A stretch of 64,000 nt of DNA, from positions 14,496 through 78,495 of the forward strand of contig CAZKXC010000002.1 in assembly GCA_964556645.1 (NCBI GenBank). Reading direction: 5' to 3'. The first letter of the stretch is position 1. Each line of letters starts with the position of its first letter. Below, one piece after another: positions 28,522 through 36,682 of the stretch. Below the pieces are notes generated by a model. It had not been told where the DNA came from and searched no databases. It saw only the letters and a program-made list of their open reading frames with translations. The translations under genes were made by a program, and so were the position numbers. The DNA is from an uncultured Halobellus sp. (GTDB lineage Archaea > Halobacteriota > Halobacteria > Halobacteriales > Haloferacaceae).

Positions 28522-30291
28522 TTACTTTCCGGTCTTCCCTTCTGGGTAGTGGAGGTTTCCGTCGCCGTCCCAGACGTAGCCGGCGTCGGCGAGAATCTCG
28601 ATGGCGGCCTCGGTGCCGCCGTCGAAGTAGGTCGTTTCTGGGTTGTGCCAGAAGCTAAGCGAGGGATTGATCGGAGTCCGTGCCTGTTGTCCGAATCCCT
28701 CGTACAGCTCGTTGATTATCGTTTGTTGAGCGGCGGTGATCACCGCGTTCGTCGCCTGGCGCACTGCGACGTCGTCGAACGGCGGACGCTGGTTGTTGAG
28801 CCACGCACACTGCCGGCAGTCGTCGAGCGAGGAGAAGAACGTCAGGTGGTCCTGCTCGTCGCTGGTGTCCTTGAGCTGCTGTGGATCGCCGAACCAGTAG
28901 TCGAGCAGGTCGTAATCGCCGTTGATCATCGCCTGCATCTCCGCGTCACGCGTCGACAACGGCCGCTGGATCCGCGCGTCGATATTCGGCGCGGCGAACG
29001 CGTGGTCTTTGTACGCCGGCATCTCGAAGCGCGACCCCTGGTCCCACTCGCCCCACTGGAAGGGGCCAGAGCCGACGATCGGCTGGTCGTTGCTGATGTT
29101 GATGTTCCACGGCTGGTCCGTGTTGCCGGTGTCCTCCATGAGCTGTGTCCAGTAGTGCTCGGGAAGAATCGGCGTCGTTCCCGCGGTGATGAGAATAAAT
29201 GGCACGTACGGCTCCTGGAGGTTGAACGTCACCGACAGGTCGCCGTTGGCCTCGACGCTCTCGACGACCTCGACGACGCTGTTGAGGTACGCCGGCGGCT
29301 CCGTCTCCATGATCAACTCGAACGTCCACACCACGTCGGAGGCGGTGACGGGTTCGCCGTCGTGGAACGTCATTCCCTCCTTCAGCTCGAACGTCACCGT
29401 GGTGTCGTCCGACCAGTTCCATTCCGACGCGGCCCAGCCTGCTGGTTGGAGTTCGGGATCTGCCCGGACGAGGAAGTCGTGCATGAACCGCGTCGGCGTC
29501 CAGTTCCGGCTCGGGCCGACTCCGTTGATGTGGAGCGGATTGAGCTGGTCCGACGGGTCCCAGTTGTTGGTGACGATGGTGTTGCCCTCCTCGTTTTTGG
29601 GCTCGATCTGGGTGTAGTTCCAGATGTTCCGCATTCCGGAGACGTCCACGACCGTCGAGTCCTCCTCGAACCGGTCGGAGTTGAACGCGTACGTGTTCTT
29701 GTTGTAGAGGTACTGCGTCTCGGGGCGTTTCTCGCCGAGGATGTTCTGGGCCTCGTAGATGAGTTCCTGCCGCGCCTCCCTGTCGGTTTCCTGCCGCTGT
29801 GCCATCGCGACCTCGTTGTACCGCTCGTCGTTGAACCCCGCGTAGTTGGCGCTCCCGTCCTTGTGGAACCGGTTGACGATGATGCTGTCAGGCTCTCCGT
29901 TGTTCGCACACCAGTTGTACGTCACGAGGTCGAAATCGCCGTTGCTTTCGCGTTCTCTGAGCACGGTAAACTCGATCGGGTCGACCTCTGCCGGGATGCC
30001 GAGTTCCTCGTTGAGCCGCCTGTCGACCAGGACGTTCGCCTGGTAGCGCGCGGCGTAGTAGCGCTCCGTGTTGCTCACGTGGATGACCGGGTCCATCATC
30101 CGTTCCTCGGGCAGGTCTTCTTCGATAACTTTCGCGGTGTCGCTTCCGCCGCCGCCGCCACCGCTACCGCCGCCTGCCGGTTCACTCGAACACCCGGCGA
30201 TGCTGACGGCGCCGACCGCCGCGCCTGCCGCGCCCATCTTCCGCATGAATCCCCGCCTGTTCTCCCCCTCGCTGTGTCTATTGCTAGACAT
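28522..30291 (-). CDS. dppA: Family 5 ABC substrate-binding Tat lipoprotein (DppA-like)
   Basis: Tat and lipobox signal NRRGFMR...SIAGC, Gly-rich linker, FHDGEPVTASDV, GSGPF, PPFDDVAVRQA. Confidence 0.93.
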   Translation of the reverse strand: MSSNRHSEGENRRGFMRKMGAAGAAVGAVSIAGCSSEPAGGGSGGGGGGSDTAKVIEEDLPEERMMDPVIHVSNTERYYAARYQANVLVDRRLNEELGIPAEVDPIEFTVLRERESNGDFDLVTYNWCANNGEPDSIIVNRFHKDGSANYAGFNDERYNEVAMAQRQETDREARQELIYEAQNILGEKRPETQYLYNKNTYAFNSDRFEEDSTVVDVSGMRNIWNYTQIEPKNEEGNTIVTNNWDPSDQLNPLHINGVGPSRNWTPTRFMHDFLVRADPELQPAGWAASEWNWSDDTTVTFELKEGMTFHDGEPVTASDVVWTFELIMETEPPAYLNSVVEVVESVEANGDLSVTFNLQEPYVPFILITAGTTPILPEHYWTQLMEDTGNTDQPWNINISNDQPIVGSGPFQWGEWDQGSRFEMPAYKDHAFAAPNIDARIQRPLSTRDAEMQAMINGDYDLLDYWFGDPQQLKDTSDEQDHLTFFSSLDDCRQCAWLNNQRPPFDDVAVRQATNAVITAAQQTIINELYEGFGQQARTPINPSLSFWHNPETTYFDGGTEAAIEILADAGYVWDGDGNLHYPEGKTGK

Positions 30292-30315
30292 ACACACGGG
30301 TACGTGTCTCCATCT

Positions 30316-30325
30316 CATATAATAC
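30316..30325 (-). promoter_or_regulatory. TATA box of the second dpp operon
   Basis: Minus strand TATTATATG, about 25-33 nt upstream of ATG 30291. Confidence 0.55.
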
Positions 30326-30430
30326 TATCCCCTTTCATGAGAGGTACACGATTATTCAGGACGAGGCGCGCTCTACCGCCCTGATAGTATGCGTTCGCGT
30401 CGCCGTGGTTTCACGAGAAAGTGGGCGCTA

Positions 30431-30931
30431 CTACACCAGGTAGGCGTTGAGAATGGTCATGTTCGTGCTCAACCCCTCGACAGCGTCGTTGTGAGCGGTG
30501 AGCGCCTCGTGAGCGCGTTCGAACTTCGGCTCCGGATCAGCGTCAACCGCCTCCGGCCCCTCGTCTTCTAGCGAGTCGAGATTCGCTTCAACGATGTCGA
30601 GTGCGGTAGTCATCGCGTCGTGGAACGTCCGGAGATGATCGTTGTGGTCTCGGAGCTTTTCGACCGTCGCCTCTCGGTGGCGGACGGCTTGCTCTACCGT
30701 CAGAAACTCCGTACTGTCGACGATTTCTTCGATGTTCGATTCCTCGTCTTCGAGTTCGGTCTCCAGCCTGTCGAGTGCCTCGCGCTCTTTGAGGAGCGCA
30801 CTGCGTGTCTCGTCGAACGCCGTCGTCTCTCCGGCCTCGTAGGCGGCAAACTCCTCTTGAAACACGTCGCGTCGCTCGCTGTCGTGGCTTCCGACCTGTT
30901 CGGCGGCTTGGAGAATCTCGTGTAATCCCAT
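30431..30931 (-). CDS. Hypothetical acidic alpha-helical/coiled-coil protein
   Basis: 166-aa ORF with haloarchaeal D/E-rich composition and heptad-like pattern; no competing plausible frame. Confidence 0.75.
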   Translation of the reverse strand: MGLHEILQAAEQVGSHDSERRDVFQEEFAAYEAGETTAFDETRSALLKEREALDRLETELEDEESNIEEIVDSTEFLTVEQAVRHREATVEKLRDHNDHLRTFHDAMTTALDIVEANLDSLEDEGPEAVDADPEPKFERAHEALTAHNDAVEGLSTNMTILNAYLV

Positions 30932-31046
30932 AACGAGCGTCTCCGTCTCGCCGCTGTTGTAATTTTCGCCCGCCGTGCGGCCGTGTGGGGTCCCGGCTGT
31001 AACCGGCGGGCGAAGTTTTTAGCTCTTCGCTGGCACACCACACGGT

Positions 31047-31871
31047 GTGCAACTCCGAATTCGCGCCCCGCAGTACACCGGCCCCAACCGCTGCTGGCCG
31101 TGTACTGTCCTCAACGTCGGTATCGTTCTTCTCGGCGGAGCGGTGCTGACGACCGTCGCCGGCGTGATGGCAGCGCTCCCGGCGGTCGTCGTCGGTCTCA
31201 CAGCCGTCTGGCTCAGGGGGTACCTCGTTCCCGGAACGCCCCGCCTTGGTCGACGGCTTCCCCAGCCGGTGCGGTCGTGGTTCGGCACGCACGACCCCGT
31301 GGCGGAGCGACCGGCAGCCGACGCGCTCGTTGCTGCCGGCGTGCTCGACACGGACCTCGTTCTCACTCCCGAGGCGAACGCGACGATACAAGCACGAGCG
31401 AGCAGCTACGTCGACGACCGCGAGGCGTTAGAGACCGCCGCGTTGACCGAGTTCGACGCGACGACGGTTTCTGTCAACCGTCGGCTCGGCGGCGGAGAAC
31501 GCTGGTTCGTTCTCGACGATTCCGAACGAACCGTCTGTCAGTGGGGAGCACGGCCGGTCGCGGCGCTCGACGTCGCCGGTGCGGCGTACCTCGACGACCG
31601 GCTCCCGGACTGGGACGGGCGGGGAGAGCGCGAGCGGTCGACGATGCTCGCGTTGCTCCGCTACGGGACACCGAACTGCCCTGACTGTGGCGCCGCGTTC
31701 GAGTCGACAGAACGAGACGTCACCTGTTGTGGCGGTCGGTCGCTCGCGGGCGCACGCCGGTGTGCCGAGTGCGATTACGCGCTCGTCGACCGAAACGACC
31801 TCCCGGCCCAAACGGTCGAAAAGACACCGGAGAACCAGGGGGAAAGCCCGCAGGCAGGGGTCGGAGAGTGA
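31047..31871 (+). CDS. Hypothetical membrane-anchored Cys-rich (Zn-ribbon) protein
   Basis: PQYTGPNRCWPC, two TM segments, WLRGYLVPGTP, C-terminal CPDC...TCC...CAEC. Confidence 0.8.
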   Translation: MQLRIRAPQYTGPNRCWPCTVLNVGIVLLGGAVLTTVAGVMAALPAVVVGLTAVWLRGYLVPGTPRLGRRLPQPVRSWFGTHDPVAERPAADALVAAGVLDTDLVLTPEANATIQARASSYVDDREALETAALTEFDATTVSVNRRLGGGERWFVLDDSERTVCQWGARPVAALDVAGAAYLDDRLPDWDGRGERERSTMLALLRYGTPNCPDCGAAFESTERDVTCCGGRSLAGARRCAECDYALVDRNDLPAQTVEKTPENQGESPQAGVGE

Positions 31872-32311
31872 GAACCACCCGCCTGCTCGTGACGGCGTCG
31901 TTGCTGTTTTTCACTCTCGTTTCCGTGGGCGTCGTTGCGGAGGCCGAGCGCAACTACGCGACGGTAGCCGAACGAGACGATTCGACCGCGGCGGTCGACG
32001 ACGTCGCACTCGATGATGGACTCGAGTTATCGATACGGGTGTACAACTCGATGAACCGACCGCTGCGCGTTCAGTACGTCAACATCGACCTCTCTCACGA
32101 CGAGGGACGCGGTGGGTCGAGCACCCCGTACAACGGCTACCGAACGGTCGACCCCGGAGCGGAGACGCTGACGGTCTCGGTTCCGGAGCGACTGATGGGT
32201 GGGTCCCTTTCTCGAGGCGACACCGTCAGGCTTCGCGGCACCGTCGTCGTGGAAGTGTACAACAACTACCGGTTCGACATTCCGATCGAGCCGACGGAGG
32301 TGACGCTGTGA
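31868..32311 (+). CDS. Hypothetical protein with N-terminal anchor/signal and beta-rich (LEA-2/Ig-like) domain
   Basis: GTGA overlap with the upstream stop; MRTTRLLVTASLLFF..., LSIRVYNSMNRPLRVQYV. Confidence 0.72.
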   Translation: MRTTRLLVTASLLFFTLVSVGVVAEAERNYATVAERDDSTAAVDDVALDDGLELSIRVYNSMNRPLRVQYVNIDLSHDEGRGGSSTPYNGYRTVDPGAETLTVSVPERLMGGSLSRGDTVRLRGTVVVEVYNNYRFDIPIEPTEVTL

Positions 32312-32661
32312 GCAGAGACGAGACCGATGACCGACAAGAAGAGTACGCCGGCTGGGAACTCCCAGGACAGTCGAGCGAGGACGAGGATGGACCGGGAGGC
32401 GAGGCCGCCGGCCCCTCACACGCCGAGGAGGAACCGGTCGGGCCGCCTCCAAAAATGCGCGATCAGATCCTTCGAGACCGAATCCGAGACCGCCTCGGCG
32501 TCACTCCACGACAGTGGTACGTCGCCGAGACGGTGTTGTTGGTCCTGCCGTACCCGTTGTTCGTCTTCGTGTACCTCAGCTTCGACGTGGCTGAGACGCC
32601 GTTTCTCCTCGTGACGCTCGGCTACTCGCTGGTCGCGATGTACTTCGGTCTTCTCTCGTGA
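32308..32661 (+). CDS. Hypothetical protein with acidic N-terminus and 2 C-terminal TM helices
   Basis: GTGA overlap with the upstream stop; GGAGGTGA Shine-Dalgarno-like sequence upstream. Confidence 0.75.
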   Translation: MSRDETDDRQEEYAGWELPGQSSEDEDGPGGEAAGPSHAEEEPVGPPPKMRDQILRDRIRDRLGVTPRQWYVAETVLLVLPYPLFVFVYLSFDVAETPFLLVTLGYSLVAMYFGLLS

Positions 32662-32735
32662 CCCGGAGGCCTGCTCGAAACAAGGACCCTCGTTTTGTTT
32701 CCGAACCCACCGATATCCTCGGTCGGAGCAGGGGT

Positions 32736-32749
32736 ACTGTTTAATCAGT
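32736..32749 (+). promoter_or_regulatory. TATA box of the D-aminoacylase operon within a near-palindrome (candidate operator)
   Basis: ACTG-TTTAAT-CAGT; TTTAAT lies 25-30 nt upstream of ATG 32770. Confidence 0.5.
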
Positions 32750-32769
32750 TGCGCACGGGCGTTAGTCCG

Positions 32770-34365
32770 ATGACACACGACGCTATTCTGCGAAACGGCC
32801 GAATCGTGGACGGCACCGGCTCCCCGTGGCACCGCGGCGACGTCGCGATCGCCGACGGCCGGATCGCCGCGGTCGGCGCGGTCGACGCGGACGGGGCCGT
32901 CGAGGTCGACCTCGACGGCGACGTCGTCGCGCCGGGATTCATCGACATCCACACCCACTCGGATTTCACCCTGCCGGCGAACCGGGACGCCCACAGCAAG
33001 GTCAGACAGGGCGTGACACTCGAGATCGTCGGCAACTGTGGGACGAGCGCGGCGCCGCGATACGGCTCCGCGTCCCGCTCCGTCGACGACTGGTTCGCGA
33101 GCAGGGGGCTCGACGACGCGGTCGATCCCACGGCGTGGGAGTCGATGGCCGGCTACCTCGAGTACCTCGCGTCGGACGGCGTCTCGCTCAACGTCGGGTC
33201 GCTCGTCGGACACGGCAACGTCCGCGCGGCCGTCGTCGGCTACGAGGACCGTGCTCCCTCGCCCGACGAACTCGACGAGATGCGGGCGCTCGTCGCCGAG
33301 GCGATGGCGGACGGCGCGGTCGGACTCTCCACCGGGCTGTTTTACTCGCCGGGCTCGTACGCCGACGTCGACGAGGTGGTGGCGCTCGCCGAAGTGGCGG
33401 CCGACCACGGCGGCTTCTACGCCACGCACATGCGCTCGGAGAGCGACGAGCTCGTGGCGAGCGTGCGAGAAACCATCGAGATCGGGCGTCGGGCGGACGT
33501 TCCGGTGCAGATCTCCCATCACAAGGCCGTCGGCCCCGACAACTGGGGGCTGGTTCGAGCGACCCTCCGCCGGATGGAGCTGGCCCGCCGCCGCGAGGGC
33601 ATCGACGTGCAGTGTGACCAGTATCCGTACGTCGCTTCCTCGACGAGCCTCGGGGCGATCCTCCCCAACTGGGCTCACGACGGCGGCGACGACGCGCTCC
33701 TCGACCGACTCCGCGATCCCGAGACCCGCGCCCGCATCCGCGAGGAGGTGAAATCGGGTCGCACGGCCGACTGGGACGGCGTCCTCGTCGCGGGCGTCCA
33801 GAACCCCGATCTGAAGTCGTACGAGGGGAAGACGCTTGCCGAGCTCGCGTCCCGGGACGGCGAGGAGCGCTCGCCGGTCGAGATGCTTCTCGACATCGTG
33901 CTCGAAGACGAAAACCGGACCATGCACGTCAGCTTCGGCATGGACGAGACGGACGTCCGAACGGTGATGCGGCACGACCTCACCATGGTCGGCAGCGACG
34001 GCTCCTCGCTGCGGCCGACCGGCCCGCTCGGAGACGGGGTGCCGCACCCGCGCAACTACGGCACGTTCCCCCGCGTGCTCGGCCACTACGCCCGCGACGA
34101 GGAGGTGCTCTCGCTCGAGCGTGCCGTCCACAAGATGACCGGCATGCCCGCCGCGCGGCTGGGGCTCGACGACCGCGGCGTGGTGAAACGGGACGCCCGC
34201 GCCGACCTGACGGTGTTCGACCCCGACACCGTCGCAGAGACCGGCGACTTTCTCGACCCCGCCGTGTATCCCGCCGGCATCGACCACGTGCTCGTCAACG
34301 GCGAGTTCGTCGTGCGCGACGGCGACCACACCGGCGAGCGGCCCGGAGACGTGATCGGCGCATGA
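32770..34365 (+). CDS. N-acyl-D-amino-acid deacylase (D-aminoacylase, amidohydrolase superfamily)
   Basis: GRIVDGTG, PGFIDIHTHSD, GNCG, THMRSE, SHHK, DQYPY, GSDG, HPRNYGTFPRVLG; metal ligands intact. Confidence 0.93.
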   Translation: MTHDAILRNGRIVDGTGSPWHRGDVAIADGRIAAVGAVDADGAVEVDLDGDVVAPGFIDIHTHSDFTLPANRDAHSKVRQGVTLEIVGNCGTSAAPRYGSASRSVDDWFASRGLDDAVDPTAWESMAGYLEYLASDGVSLNVGSLVGHGNVRAAVVGYEDRAPSPDELDEMRALVAEAMADGAVGLSTGLFYSPGSYADVDEVVALAEVAADHGGFYATHMRSESDELVASVRETIEIGRRADVPVQISHHKAVGPDNWGLVRATLRRMELARRREGIDVQCDQYPYVASSTSLGAILPNWAHDGGDDALLDRLRDPETRARIREEVKSGRTADWDGVLVAGVQNPDLKSYEGKTLAELASRDGEERSPVEMLLDIVLEDENRTMHVSFGMDETDVRTVMRHDLTMVGSDGSSLRPTGPLGDGVPHPRNYGTFPRVLGHYARDEEVLSLERAVHKMTGMPAARLGLDDRGVVKRDARADLTVFDPDTVAETGDFLDPAVYPAGIDHVLVNGEFVVRDGDHTGERPGDVIGA

Positions 34366-35498
34366 GCGCCCGCGTGACGGCCGTCGAGACGGTGCCGGTG
34401 TCGGTGCCGACGGAAACCGCCTACGAGACGAGCCTCTCGATCGCGGCCGGCGAGGCGGAGTCGTACGACCACGTGCTGGTTCGCGTCGAGACCGACGCCG
34501 GCGTCACGGGTCTCGGCGAGGTCGCGCCGCTCCCGACGTGGCCGCACGGCCTGACGCAGTCGGCCGTCGTGGACCTGATCGCCGACCGTCTCGCGCCGCG
34601 TCTCGAGGGGGAGTCGCTCGACCGGATTCCCCGGCTCGTCGACCGGGCGGAGCGAGCGCTCTCCGACGAGCCGTTCCCGCTCTGTGGCGTCGACGTCGCG
34701 TTGTACGACGCGCTGGGAAAGACGCGCGACCTCCCGGTGTACGACCTGCTCGGCGGCGCTCCGGACGGCGAGGCGGCGATCGACTTGCACTACTCCATCG
34801 GGATCCGCCCCCCGGCGGAGGTTCGCGACCTGGCCGTCGAGGCCCGCGACGACGGGTTCACGGCGTTCAAAGTGAAGGTCGGCGGTCCGGACTTCCCGGC
34901 CGAGCGGGAGGCGATCGCGGCGATCGCGGACGCGGTGCCCGACGCCCGGATTCGCGTCGACGCCAACCAGGGGTGGTCGGCCGCCGAGGCGGTGCGTCGC
35001 GTCCCGCTTCTCGACGCCGACGCCGACGGGCTCGTGTTGGTCGAACAACCCGTCCCCTCCGACGACATCGCGGGGCTCCGGCGGGTGCGGGAGGCGACCG
35101 GCGTCCCGGTGTTGGCGGACGAGGCCTGCTTCTCGCCGGCGGACGTCGCCACGCTCGCCGCCCGCGACGCCTGTGACCTCGTCAACATCAAGCTCGCGAA
35201 GACGGGCGGGCTCACCCGCGCACGCGACGTCGCGACCGTCGCGGACGCCCACGGACTCCCCTGTTTCATGGGGAGCATGCTCGAACTCGGCGTCGGCACG
35301 GCCGCGAACGCGCACTTCGCGGCGTCGTCGCCGGCGGTCAGTTATCCGACCGGCGTGTTGAACGTCCACGCGGCGTCGACGCTGATCGACGCGCCGGAGG
35401 CGTGGTCGCCCGCCGGAGACCGGTTCACCGTCCCGGACGCGCCGGGTCTCGGCGTGACTCTCGACGACGCGGCGGTCGAGCGCTACCGCACCGACTGA
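34362..35498 (+). CDS. Enolase-superfamily (MLE subgroup) racemase/cycloisomerase of unknown substrate
   Basis: KVK, DAN, EQP, DE, NIKLAKTGG, GSMLE. ATGA overlap with the D-aminoacylase. Confidence 0.85.
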   Translation: MSARVTAVETVPVSVPTETAYETSLSIAAGEAESYDHVLVRVETDAGVTGLGEVAPLPTWPHGLTQSAVVDLIADRLAPRLEGESLDRIPRLVDRAERALSDEPFPLCGVDVALYDALGKTRDLPVYDLLGGAPDGEAAIDLHYSIGIRPPAEVRDLAVEARDDGFTAFKVKVGGPDFPAEREAIAAIADAVPDARIRVDANQGWSAAEAVRRVPLLDADADGLVLVEQPVPSDDIAGLRRVREATGVPVLADEACFSPADVATLAARDACDLVNIKLAKTGGLTRARDVATVADAHGLPCFMGSMLELGVGTAANAHFAASSPAVSYPTGVLNVHAASTLIDAPEAWSPAGDRFTVPDAPGLGVTLDDAAVERYRTD

Positions 35499-35593
35499 GC
35501 CGCCGCCGGACCGAGCCGGATCGGGCGCGGCTCGGAAACCCATCATGAAAGGCTGTGGGGTTTTGTCACACAGGGCGGTACGTGGCTCAGACG

Positions 35594-36682
35594 ATGAACG
35601 TTCGAAACGCCTTCGACGCGCCCGTTCCCACGGTCGTTCTCGCGGAGGGCGAGTTCGGGAAGACGGGCGGGAAGACCGCGAACGGGGTCGTCACACACAG
35701 CGAGGTGTTCGACGCCCGGGCCGTGGTCGACTCGACGACCGCGGGCCAGACGGCGGCCGACGTGCTCTGTCAGCCCGGCACACCGGACGTCCCGATCGTG
35801 GAGTCGGTCTCCGCCGCCCTCGATATCGCACCCGACGCCGAGGCGCTCGTCATCGGCGTCGCGCCCGCCGGAGGCCAACTTCCCGATCCGTGGGTCGACG
35901 AGATCGAAGACGCCGTGCGGGCCGGCTGTGATATCGTCTCCGGGCTCCACGTCTTTCTCGGCGACGACGACGAGTGGGCGAGCCTGGCGGCCGCTCACGA
36001 CGCGCGGATCTTCGACGTGCGAAAACCGCCCGCCGAAGAGGCGCTTCGCGTCGGCGACGGCTCGGTCGACGACGTCGACGCCGACGTCGTGCTCACGCTC
36101 GGCACCGACTGTGCGGTCGGAAAACGCACCACGACGTTCGAGCTGTACCGGTCGGCGCGGGACGCCGGGCTGAACGCCGGCTGGGTCGCGACCGGTCAGA
36201 CCGGGATCATGGTGGGGGCTCACGCCGGGGCGGTCATCGACCGGGTGCCGGCCGACTTCACCGCCGGCGTCGTCGAAGACCTGGTGGCGTCGGTGGCCGC
36301 CGACGCCGACCTCGTCTTCGTCGAGGGACAGGCGTCGCTCACCCACCGGGCGTACTCCGGTGTCACGCTCGGGATCCTCCACGGCGCCTGGCCGGACGCG
36401 GTGGTTCTCGCCGACGACCCGGACCGTGTCGGCCGGACGCACTTCGACCGGTTCGCCGTCGACGGCGTCGACACGGAGGCCGCGCTCATCGAGGAGCTCT
36501 CGGACGCGGTCGTCGCCGCGATCTCGACGTGGGGTGACCCCGAGACGGCGCGGGACCGCCACGGGCTGCCGGCGGCGAACGTGTACGAGGACGGGGGTGC
36601 CGACGCCCTCCTCGACGCGGTTCGGGACGCGCTGGCGTCGCCGGCGAAGCCCCCCGCCGAGCCGAGCGAGGGTGAGCGATGA
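35594..36682 (+). CDS. dgcN: DUF1611 family protein (DgcN-like D-amino-acid N-acetyltransferase)
   Basis: GKTANG, IGVAPAGG, SGLH, DVRKPP, GTDCAVGKRTT, ATGQTGI, VEGQASL.H.AY. The DgcN function is assigned by family, not verified here. Confidence 0.82.
   Translation: MNVRNAFDAPVPTVVLAEGEFGKTGGKTANGVVTHSEVFDARAVVDSTTAGQTAADVLCQPGTPDVPIVESVSAALDIAPDAEALVIGVAPAGGQLPDPWVDEIEDAVRAGCDIVSGLHVFLGDDDEWASLAAAHDARIFDVRKPPAEEALRVGDGSVDDVDADVVLTLGTDCAVGKRTTTFELYRSARDAGLNAGWVATGQTGIMVGAHAGAVIDRVPADFTAGVVEDLVASVAADADLVFVEGQASLTHRAYSGVTLGILHGAWPDAVVLADDPDRVGRTHFDRFAVDGVDTEAALIEELSDAVVAAISTWGDPETARDRHGLPAANVYEDGGADALLDAVRDALASPAKPPAEPSEGER

Noticed and set aside
23400-32760. Integrative element or transposon
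   Set aside because: No integrase, transposase, tRNA target or terminal repeats seen. Kept only as a compositional anomaly.
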